From the human T2T-CHM13v2.0 reference genome, Homo sapiens, in assembly GCF_009914755.1 (NCBI RefSeq), contig NC_060942.1: DNA of 64,000 nucleotides; one strand, given 5' to 3'. Position numbers and translations under genes: made by a program. Numbering within the stretch: position 1 is the first letter of the stretch; every line of letters starts with the position of its first letter. The notes beneath the pieces are model-generated. The model was not told the origin of the DNA. It saw nothing but the letters and a program-made list of their open reading frames with translations, and did not search any database. Shown here in pieces: positions 38,205 to 50,000 of this stretch.

Positions 38205-39222
38205 CATTCTCAGAAACTAGTTTCTGATGTGTGTCCTCAACTAACACAGTTGTACATTTCTTTAGACAGAACAGTTTTGAAACACTCTTTTTGTGGAATC
38301 TGCAAGTGGATATTGGGCTAGATTTGAGGATTTCGTTGGAAACGGGATTACATATAAAAAGCAGTCAGCAGCATTCTCAGAAAGTTCTTTGTGATGATTG
38401 CATTCAAGTCACAGAATTGAACATTCCCTTTCACAGAGCAGGTTTGAAACACTCTTTTTGAAGTGTGTGTAAGTGGACATTTGGAGCGCTTTCCGGCCTA
38501 AGGTGAAAAAGGAAATATCTTCCCATAAAAACTAGACAGAAGCATTCTCAGAAACTTACTCGTGATGTGTGTCCTCAACTAAAGGAGTAGAACCTTTCTA
38601 TTCATAGAGAAGTTTTGAAACGCTCTTTTTGTGGAATCTCCAAGTGGATATTTGGCTAGTGTTGAGGATTTCGTTGGAAGCGGGAATTCATACAAATTGC
38701 AGACTGCAGCGTTCTGAGAAACATCTTTGTGATGTTTGTATTCAGGACACAGAGATGAACATTCCCTATCATAGAGCACGTTGGAATCACTCCTTTTGTA
38801 GTATCTGGAAGTGGACATTTGGAGCGCTTTCAGGCCTATGTTGAAAAAGGAAATATCTTCCCATAACAACTAGACACAAGCATTCTCAGAAACTTGTTTG
38901 TGATGTGTGCCCTCTACTGACAGAGTTGAACCTTTCTTTTCATAGAGCAGTTTTGAAACACTCTTTTTGTAGAATCTGCAAGAGGATATTTGCATAGCTT
39001 TGAGGATTTCGTGGGAAACGGGATTGTCTTTAGGTAAAATCTAGACAGAAGCATTCTCAGAAACTTCTTTGGGATGTTTGCATTCAAGTCACAGAGTAGA
39101 ACATTCCCTTTGGTAGAGCAGGTTTGAAACACTCTTTTTTTAGTATATGGAAGTGGACATTTGGAGCGCTTTCAGGCCTACGTTGGAAAAGGAAATATCT
39201 TCCCATAACAACTAGACAGAAG
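38205..39222 (+). repeat. 6-mer HOR variant (1018 bp)
   Basis: Spacing 38106 to 39124 = 1018; same C/D hybrid junction. Confidence 0.92.
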
Positions 39223-42200
39223 CATTCTCAGAAACTAGTTTCTGATGTGTGTCCTCAACTAACACAGTTGTACATTTCTTTAGACAGAACAGTTTTGAAA
39301 CACTCTTTTTGTGGAATCTGCAAGTGGATATTGGGCTAGATTTGAGGATTTCGTTGGAAACGGGATTACATATAAAAAGCAGACAGCAGCATTCTCAGAA
39401 AGTTCTTTGTGATGATTGCATTCAAGTCACAGAATTGAACATTCCCTTTCACAGAGCAGGTTTGAAACACTCTTTTTGTAGTGTGTGTAAGTGGACATTT
39501 GGAGCGCTTTCCGGCCTAAGGTGAAAAAAGAAATATCTTCCCATAAAAACTAGACAGAAGCATTCTCAGAAACTTACTCGTGATGTGTGTCCTCAACTAA
39601 AGGAGTAGAACCTTTCTATTCATAGAGAAGTTTTGAAACGCTCTTTTTGTGGAATCTCCAAGTGGATATTTGGCTAGTTTTGAGGATTTCGTTGGAAGCG
39701 GGAATTCATACAAATTGCAGACTGCAGCGTTCTGAGAAACATCTTTGTGATGTTTGTATTCAGGACACAGAGATGAACATTCCCTATCATAGAGCAGGTT
39801 GGAATCACTCCTTTTGTAGTATCTGGAAGTGGACATTTGGAGCGCTTTCAGGCCTATGTTGAAAAAGGAAATATCTTCCCATAACAACTAGACACAAGCA
39901 TTCTCAGAAACTTGTTTGTGATGTGTGCCCTCTACTGACAGAGTTGAACCTTTCTTTTCATAGAGCAGTTTTGAAACACTCTTTTTGTAGAATCCGCAAG
40001 AGGATATTTGCATAGCTTTGAGGATTTCGTGGGAAACGGGATTGTCTTCAGGTAAAATCTAGACAGAAGCATTCTCAGAAACTTCTTTGGGATGTTTGCA
40101 TTCAAGTCACAGAGTAGAACATTCCCTTTGGTAGAGCAGGTTTGAAACACTCTTTTTGTAGTATCTGGAAGTGGACATTTGGAGCGCTTTCAGGCCCATG
40201 TTGGAAAGGGAAATATCTTCCCGTAACAACTAGGCAGAAGCATTCTCAGAAACTTATTTGAGATGTGTGTACTCAACTAAGAGAACTGAACCACCGTTTT
40301 GAAGGAGCAGTTTTGAAACCCTCTTTTTCTGGAATCTGCAAGAGTATATTTGCCTAGCCTTGAGGATTTCGTTGGAAACGGGATTGTCTTCAGATAAAAT
40401 CTAGACAGAAGCATTCTCAGAAACTTCTTTGGGATGTTTGCATTCAAGTCACAGAGTAGAACATTCCCTTTGGTAGAGCAGGTTTGAAACACTCTTTTTT
40501 TAGTATATGGAAGTGGACATTTGGAGCGCTTTCAGGCCTACGTTGGAAAAGGAAATATCTTCCCATAACAACTAGACAGAAGCATTCTCAGAAACTAGTT
40601 TGTGATGTGTGTCCTCAACTAACACAGTTGTACATTTCTTTAGACAGAACAGTTTTGAAACACTCTTTTTGTGGAATCTGCAAGTGGATATTGGGCTAGA
40701 TTTGAGGATTTCGTTGGAAACGGGATTACATATAAAAAGCAGTCAGCAGCATTCTCAGAAAGTTCTTTGTGATGATTGCATTCAAGTCACAGAATTGAAC
40801 ATTCCCTTTCACAGAGCAGGTTTGAAACACGCTTTTTGTAGTGTGTGTAAGTGGACATTTGGAGCGCTTTCCGGCCTAAGGTGAAAAAGGACATATCTTC
40901 CCATAAAAACTAGACAGAAGCATTCTCAGAAACTTACTCGTGATGTGTGTCCTCAACTAAAGGAGTAGAACCTTTCTATTCATAGAGAAGTTTTGAAACG
41001 CTCTTTTTGTGGAATCTCCAAGTGGATATTTGGCTAGTGTTGAGGATTTCGTTGGAAGCGGGAATTCATACAAATTGCAGACTGCAGCGTTCTGAGAAAC
41101 ATCTTTGTGATGTTTGTATTCAGGACACAGAGATGAACATTCCCTATCATAGAGCAGGTTGGAATCACTCCTTTTGTAGTATCTGGAAGTGGACATTTGG
41201 AGCGCTTTCAGGCCTATGTTGAAAAAGGAAATATCTTCCCATAACAACTAGACACAAACATTCTCAGAAACTTGTTTGTGATGTGTGCCCTCTACTGACA
41301 GAGTTGAACCTTTCTTTTCATAGAGCAGTTTTGAAACACTCTTTTTGTAGAATCTGCAAGAGGATATTTGCATAGCTTTGAGGATTTCGTGGGAAACGGG
41401 ATTGTCTTCAGGTAAAATCTAGACAGAAGCATTCTCAGAAACTTCTTTGGGATGTTTGCATTCAAGTCACAGAGTAGAACATTCCCTTTGGTAGAGTAGG
41501 TTTGAAACACTCTTTTTGTACTATCTGGAAGTGGACATTTGGAGCGCTTTCAGGCCCATGTTGGAAAGGGAAATATCTTCCCGTAACAACTAGGCAGAAG
41601 CATTCTCAGAAACTTATTTGAGATGTGTGTACTCAACTAAGAGAATTGAACCACCGTTTTGAAGGAGCAGTTTTGAAACCCTCTTTTTCTGGAATCTGCA
41701 AGAGTATATTTGCCTAGCCTTGAGGATTTCGTTGGAAACGGGATTGTCTTCAGATAAAATCTAGACAGAAGCATTCTCAGAAACTTCTTTGGGATGTTTG
41801 CATTCAAGTAACAGAGTAGAACATTCCCTTTGGTAGAGCAGGTTTGAAACACTCTTTTTTTACTATATGGAAGTGGACATTTGCAGCGCTTTCAGGCCTA
41901 CGTTGCAAAAGGAAATATCTTCCCATAACAACGAGACAGAAGCATTCTCAGAAACTAGTTTCTGATGTGTGTCCTCAACTAACACAGTTGTACATTTCTT
42001 TAGACAGAACAGTTTTGAAACACTCTTTTTGTGGAATCTGCAAGTGGATATTGGGCTAGATTTGAGGATTTCGTTGGAAACGGGATTACATATAAAAAGC
42101 AGACAGCAGCATTCTCAGAAAGTTCTTTGTGATGATTGCATTCAAGTCACAGAATTGAACATTCCCTTTCACAGAGCAGGTTTGAAACACTCTTTTTGTA

Positions 42201-45200
42201 GTGTGTGTAAGTGGACATTTGGAGCGCTTTCCGGCCTAAGGTGAAAAAGGAAATATCTTCCCATAAAAACTAGACAGAAGCATTCTCAGAAACTTACTCG
42301 TGATGTGTGTCCTCAACTAAAGGAGTACAACCTTTCTATTCATAGAGAAGTTTTGAAACGCTCTTTTTGTGGAATCTCCAAGTGGATATTTGGCTAGTTT
42401 TGAGGATTTCGTTGGAAGCGGGAATTCATACAAATTGCAGACTGCAGCGTTCTGAGAAACATCTTTGTGATGTTTGTATTCAGGACACAGAGATGAACAT
42501 TCCCTATCATAGAGCAGGTTGGAATCACTCCTTTTGTAGTATCTGGAAGTGGACATTTGGAGCGCTTTGAGGCCTATGTTGAAAAAGGAAATATCTTCCC
42601 ATAACAACTAGACACAAGCATTCTCAGAAACTTGTTTGTGATGTGTGCCCTCTACTGACAGAGTTGAACCTTTCTTTTCGTAGAGCAGTTTTGAAACACT
42701 CTTTTTGTAGAATCCGCAAGAGGATATTTGCATAGCATTGAGGATTTCGTGGGAAACGGGATTGTCTTCAGGTAAAATCTACACAGAAGCATTCTCAGAA
42801 ACTTCTGTGGGATGTTTGCATTCAAGTCACAGAGTAGAACATTCCCTTTGGTAGAGCAGGTTTGAAACACTCTTTTTGTAGTATCTGGAAGTGGACATTT
42901 GGAGCGCTTTCAGGACCATGTTGGAAAGGGAAATATCTTCCCGTAACAACTAGGCAGAAGCATTCTCAGAAACTTATTTGAGATGTGTGTACTCAACTAA
43001 GAGAATTGAACCACCGTTTTGAAGGAGCAGTTTTGAAACACTCTTTTTCTGGAATCTGCAAGAGAATATTTGCCTAGACTTGAGGATTTCGTTGGAAACG
43101 GGATTGTCTTCAGATAAAATCTAGACAGAAGCATTCTCAGAAACTTCTTTGGGATGTTTGCATTCAAGTCACAGAGTAGAACATTCCCTTTGGTAGAGCA
43201 GGTTTGAAACACTCTTTTTTTAGTATATGGAAGTGGACATTTGGAGCGCTTTCAGGCCTACGTTGGAAAAGGAAATATCTTCCCATAACAACTAGACAGA
43301 AGCATTCTCAGAAACTAGTTTCTGATGTGTGTCCTCAACTAACAGAGTTGAACTTTTCTTTAGACAGAACAGTTTTGAAACACTCTTTTTGTGGAATCTG
43401 CAAGTGGATATTGGGCTAGATTTGAGGATTTCGTTGGAAACGGGATTACATATAAAAAGCAGACAGCAGCATTCTCAGAAAGTTCTTTGTGATGATTGCA
43501 TTCAAGTCACAGAATTGAACATTCCCTTTCACAGAGCACGTTTGAAACACTCTTTTTGTAGTGTGTGTAAGTGGACATTTGGAGCGCTTTCCGGCCTAAG
43601 GTGAAAAAGGACATATCTTCCCATAAGAACTAGACAGAAGCATTCTCAGAAACTTACTCGTGATGTGTGTCCTCAACTAAAGGAGTAGAACCTTTCTATT
43701 CATAGAGAAGTTTTGAAACGCTCTTTTTGTGGAATCTCCAAGTGGATATTTGGCTAGTTTTGAGGATTTCGTTGGAAGCGGGAATTCATACAAATTGCAG
43801 ACTGCAGCATTCTGAGAAACATCTTTGTGATGTTTGTATTCAGGACACAGAGATGAACATTCCCTATCATAGAGCAGGTTGGAATCACTCCTTTTGTAGT
43901 ATCTGGAAGAGGACATTTGGAGCGCTTTCAGGCCTATGTTGAAAAAGGAAATATCTTCCCATAACAACTAGACACAAGCATTCTCAGAAAGTTGTTTGTG
44001 ATGTGTGCCCTCTACTGACAGAGTTGAACCTTTCTTTTCATAGAGCAGTTTTGAAACACTCTTTTTGTAGAATCCGCAAGAGGATATTTGCATAGCTTTG
44101 AGGATTTCGTGGGAAACGGGATTGTCTTCAGGTAAAATCTAGACAGAAGCATTCTCAGAAACTTCTTTGGGATGTTTGCATTCAAGTCACAGAGTAGAAC
44201 ATTCCCTTTGGTAGAGCAGGTTTGAAACACTCTTTTTGTAGTATCTGGAAGTGGACATTTGGAGCGCTTTCAGGCCCATGTTGGAAAGGGAAATATCTTC
44301 CCGTAACAACTAGGCAGAAGCATTCTCAGAAACTTTTTTGAGATGTGTGTACTCAACTAAGAGAATTGAACCACCGTTTTGAAGGAGCAGTTTTGAAACA
44401 CTCTTTTTCTGGAATCTGCAAGAGTATATTTGCCTAGCCTTGAGGATTTCGTTGGAAACGGGATTGTCTTCAGATAAAATCTAGACAGAAGCATTCTCAG
44501 AAACTTCTTTGGGATGTTTGCATTCAAGTCACAGAGTAGAACATTCCCTTTGGTAGAGCAGGTTTGAAACACTCTTTTTTTAGTATATGGAAGTGGACAT
44601 TTGGAGCGCTTTCAGGCCTACGTTGGAAAAGGAAATATCTTCCCATAACAACTAGACAGAAGCATTCTCAGAAACTAGTTTCTGATGTGTGTCCTCAACT
44701 AACACAGTTGTACATTTCTTTAGACAGAACAGTTTTGAAACACTCTTTTTGTGGAATCTGCAAGTGGATATTGGGCTAGATTTGAGGATTTCGTTGGAAA
44801 CGGGATTACATATAAATAGCAGTCAGCAGCATTCTCAGAAAGTTCTTTGTGATGATTGTATTCAAGTCACAGAATTGAACATTCCCTTTCATAGAGCAGG
44901 TTTGAAACACTCTTTTTGTAGTGTGTGTAAGTGGACATTTGGAGCGCTTTCCGGCCTAAGGTGAAAAAGGACATATCTTCCCATAAAAACTAGACAGAAG
45001 CATTCTCAGAAACTTACTCGTGATGTGTGTCCTCAACTAAAGGAGTAGAACCTTTCTATTCATAGAGAAGTTTTGAAACGCTCTTTTTGTGAAATCTCCA
45101 AGTGGATATTTGGCTAGTTTTGAGGATTTCGTTGGAAGCGGGAATTCATACAAATTGCAGACTGCAGCGTTCTGAGAAACATCTTTGTGATGTTTGTATT

Positions 45201-46022
45201 CGGGACACAGAGATGAACATTCCCTATCATAGAGCAGGTTGGAATCACTCCTTTTGTAGTATCTGGAAGTGGACATTTGGAGCGCTTTCAGGCCTATGTT
45301 GAAAAAGGAAATATCTTCCCATAACAACTAGACACAAGCATTCTCAGAAACTTGTTTGTGATGTGTGCCCTCTACTGACAGAGTTGAACCTTTCTTTTCA
45401 TAGAGCAGTTTTGAAACACTCTTTTTGTAGAATCCACAAGAGGATATTTGCATCGCTTTGGGGATTTAGTGGGAAACGGGATTGTCTTCAGGTAAAATCT
45501 AGACAGAAGCATTCTCAGAAACTTCTTTGGGATGTTTGCATTCAAGTCACAGAGTAGAACATTCCCTTTGGTAGAGCAGGTTTGAAACACTCTTTTTGTA
45601 GTATCTGGAAGTGGACATTTGGAGCGCTTTCAGGCCCATGTTGGAAAGGGAAATATCTTCCCGTAACAACTAGGCAGAAGCATTCTCAGAAACTTATTTG
45701 AGATGTGTGGACTCAACTAAGAGAATTGAACCACCGTTTTGAAGGAGCAGTTTTGAAACACTCTTTTTCTGGAATCTGCAAGAGTATATTTGCCTAGCCT
45801 TGAGGATTTCGTTGGAAACGGGATTGTCTTCAGATAAAATCTAGACAGAAGCATTCTCAGAAACTTCTTTGGGATGTTTGCATTCAAGTCACAGAGTAGA
45901 ACATTCCCTTTGGTAGAGCAGGTTTGAAACACTCTTTTTTTAGTATATGGAAGTGGACATTTGGAGCGCTTTCAGGCCTACGTTGGAAAAGGAAATATCT
46001 TCCCATAACAACTAGACAGAAG

Positions 46023-47040
46023 CATTCTCAGAAACTAGTTTCTGATATGTGTCCTCAACTAACACAGTTGAACTTTTCTTTAGACAGAACAGTTTTGAAA
46101 CACTCTTTTTGTGGAATCTGCAAGTGGTTATTGGGCTACATTTGAGGATTTCGTTGGAAACGGGATTACATATAAAAAACAGTCAGCAGCATTCTCAGAA
46201 AGTTCTTTGTGATGATTGCATTCAAGTCACAGAATTGAACATTCCCTTTCACAGAGCAGGTTTGAAACACTCTTTTTGTAGTGTGTGTAAGTGGACATTT
46301 GGAGCGCTTTCCGGCCTAAGGTGAAAAAGGACATATCTTCCCATAAAAACTAGACAGAAGCATTCTCAGAAACTTACTCGTGATGTGTGTCCTCAACTAA
46401 AAGAGTAGAACCTTTCTATTCATAGAGAAGTTTTGAAACGCTCTTTTTGTGGAATCTCCAAGTGGATATTTGGCTAGTTTTGAGGATTTCGTTGGAAGCG
46501 GGAATTCATACAATTTGCAGACTGCAGCGTTCTGAGAAACATCTTTGTGATGTTTGTATTCAAGACACAGAGATGAACATTCCCTATCATAGAGCAGGTT
46601 GGAATCACTCCTTTTGTAGTATCTGGAAGTGGACATTTGGAGCGCTTTCAGGCCTATGTTGAAAAAGGAAATATCTTCCCATAACAACTAGACACAAGCA
46701 TTCTCAGAAACTTGTTTGTGATGTGTGCCCTCTACTGACAGAGTTGAACCTTTCTTTTCATAGAGCAGTTTTGAGACACTCTTTTTGTAGAATCCGCAAG
46801 AGGATATTTGCATAGCTTTGAGGATTTCGTGGGAAACGGGATTGTCTTCAGGTAAAATCTAGACAGAAGCATTCTCAGAAACTTCTTTGGGATGTTTGCA
46901 TTCAAGTCACAGAGTAGAACATTCCCTTTGGTAGAGCAGGTTTGAAACACTCTTTTTTTAGTATATGGAAGTGGACATTTGGAGCGCTTTCAGGCCTACG
47001 TTGGAAAAGGAAATATCTTCCCATAACAACTAGACAGAAG
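46023..47040 (+). repeat. 6-mer HOR variant (1018 bp), copy of 31750-32767
   Basis: Spacing 45924 to 46942 = 1018; shares private SNPs (GATATGTG, GGTTATTGGGCTACA, GAGACACT) with the first 6-mer. Confidence 0.92.
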
Positions 47041-50000
47041 CATTCTCAGAAACTAGTTTCTGATGTGTGTCCTCAACTAACACAGTTGTACATTTCTTTA
47101 GACAGAACAGTTTTGAAACACTCTTTTTGTGGAATCTGCAAGTGGATATTGGGCTAGATTTGAGGATTTCGTTGGAAACGGGATTACATATAAATAGCAG
47201 TCAGCAGCATTCTCAGAAAGTTCTTTGTGATGATTGTATTCAAGTCACAGAATTGAACATTCCCTTTCATAGAGCAGGTTTGAAACACTCTTTTTGTAGT
47301 GTGTGTAAGTGGACATTTGGAGCGCTTTCCGGCCTAAGGTGAAAAAGGACATATCTTCCCATAAAAACTAGAGAGAAGCATTCTCAGAAACTTACTCGTG
47401 ATGTGTGTCCTCAACTAAAGGAGTAGAACCTTTCTATTCATAGAGAAGTTTTGAAACGCTCTTTTTGTGAAATCTCCAAGTGGATATTTGGCTAGTTTTG
47501 AGGATTTCGTTGGAAGCGGGAATTCATACAAATTGCAGACTGCAGCGTTCTGAGAAACATCTTTGTGATGTTTGTATTCAAGACACAGAGATGAACATTC
47601 CCTATCATAGAGCATGTTGGAATCACTCCTTTTGTAGTATCTGGAAGTGGACATTTGGAGCTTTTTCAGGCCTATGTTGAAAAAGGAAATATCTTCCCAT
47701 AACAACTAGACACAAGCATTCTCAGAAACTTGTTTGTGATGTGTGCCCTCTACTGACAGAGTTGAACCTTTCTTTTCATAGAGCAGTTTTGAAACACTCT
47801 TTTATAGAATCCGCAAGAGGATATTTGCATAGCTTTGAGGATTTCGTGGGAAACGGATTTGTCTTCAGGTAAAATCTAGACAGAAGCATTCTCAGAAACT
47901 TCTTTGAGATGTTTGCATTCAAGTCACAGAGTAGAACATTCCCTTTGGTAGAGCAGGTTTGAAACACTCTTTTTGTAGTATCTGGAAGTGGACATTTGGA
48001 GCGCTTTCAGGCCCATGTTGGAAAGGGAAATATCTTCCCGTAACAACTAGGCAGAAGCATTCTCAGAAACTTTTTTGAGATGTGTGTACTCAACTAAGAG
48101 AATTGAACCACCGTTTTGAAGGAGCAGTTTTGAAACCCTCTTTTTCTGGAATCTGCAAGAGTATATTTGCCTAGCCTTGAGGATTTCGTTGGAAACGGGA
48201 TTGTCTTCAGATAAAATCTAGACAGAAGCATTCTCAGAAACTTCTTTGGGATGTTTGCATTCAAGTCACAGAGTAGAACATTCCCTTTGGTAGAGCAGGT
48301 TTGAAACACTCTTTTTTTAGCATATGGAAGTGGACATTTGGAGCGCTTTCAGGCCTACGTTGGAAAAGGAAATATCTTCCCATAACAACTAGACAGAAGC
48401 ATTCTCAGAAACTGGTTTCTGATGTGTGTCCTCAACTAACACAGTTGTACATTTCTTTAGACAGAACAGTTTTGAAACACTCTTTTTGTGGAATCTGCAA
48501 GTGGATATTGGGCTAGATTTGAGGATTTCGTTGGAAACGGGATTACATATAAAAAGCAGACAGCAGCATTCTCAGAAAGTTCTTTGTGATGATTGCATTC
48601 AAGTCACAGAATTGAACATTCCCTTTCACAGAGCAGGTTTGAAACACTCTTTTTGTAGTGTGTGTAAGTGGACATTTGGAGCGCTTTCCGGTCTAAGGTG
48701 AAAAAGGAAATATCTTCCCATAAAAACTAGACAGAAGCATTCTCAGAAACTTACTCGTGATGTGTGTCCTCAACTAAAGGAGTAGAACCTTTCTATTCAT
48801 AGAGAAGTTTTGAAACCCTCTTTTTGTGGAATCTCCAAGTGGATATTTTGCTAGTTTTGAAGATTTCGTTGGAAGCGGGAATTCATACAAATTGCAGACT
48901 GCAGCGTTCTGAGAAACATCTTTGTGATGTTTGTATTCGGGACACAGAGATGAACATTCCCTATCATAGAGCAGGTTGGAATCACTCCTTTTGTAGTATC
49001 TGGAAGTGGACATTTGGAGCGCTTTCAGGCCTATGTTGAAAAAGGAAATATCTTCCCATAACAACTAGACACAAGCATTCTCAGAAACTTGTTTGTGATG
49101 TGTGCCCTCTACTGACAGAGTTGAACCTTTCTTTTCATAGAGCAGTTTTGAAACACTCTTTTTGTAGAATCCGCAAGAGGATATTTGCATAGCTTTGAGG
49201 ATTTCGTGGGAAACGGGATTGTCTTCAGGTAAAATCTAGACAGAAGCATTCTCAGAAACTTCTTTGGGATGTTTGCATTCAAGTCACAGAGTAGAACATT
49301 CCCTTTGGTAGAGCAGGTTTGAAACACTCTTTTTGTAGTATCTGGAAGTGGACATTTGGAGCGCTTTCAGGCCCATGTTGGAAAGGGAAATATCTTCCCG
49401 TAACAACTAGGCAGAAGCATTCTCAGAAACTTATTTGAGATGTGTGTACTCAACTAAGAGAACTGAACCACCGTTTTGAAGGAGCAGTTTTGAAACCCTC
49501 ATTTCTGGAATCTGCAAGAGTATATTTGCCTAGCCTTGAGGATTTCGTTGGAAACGGGATTGTCTTCAGATAAAATCTAGACAGAAGCATTCTCAGAAAC
49601 TTCTTTGGGATGTTTGCATTCAAGTCACAGAGTAGAACATTCCCTTTGGTAGAGCAGGTTTGAAACACTCTTTTTTTAGTATATGGAAGTGGACATTTGG
49701 AGCGCTTTCAGGCCTACGTTGGAAAAGGAAATATCTTCCCATAACAACTAGACAGAAGCATTCTCAGAAACTAGTTTGTGATGTGTGTCCTCAACTAACA
49801 CAGTTGTACATTTCTTTAGACAGAACAGTTTTGAAACACTCTTTTTGTGGAATCTGCAAGTGGATATTGGGCTAGATTTGAGGATTTCGTTGGAAACGGG
49901 ATTACATATAAAAAGCAGTCAGCAGCATTCTCAGAAAGTTCTTTGTGATGATTGCATTCAAGTCACAGAATTGAACATTCCCTTTCACAGAGCAGGTTTG

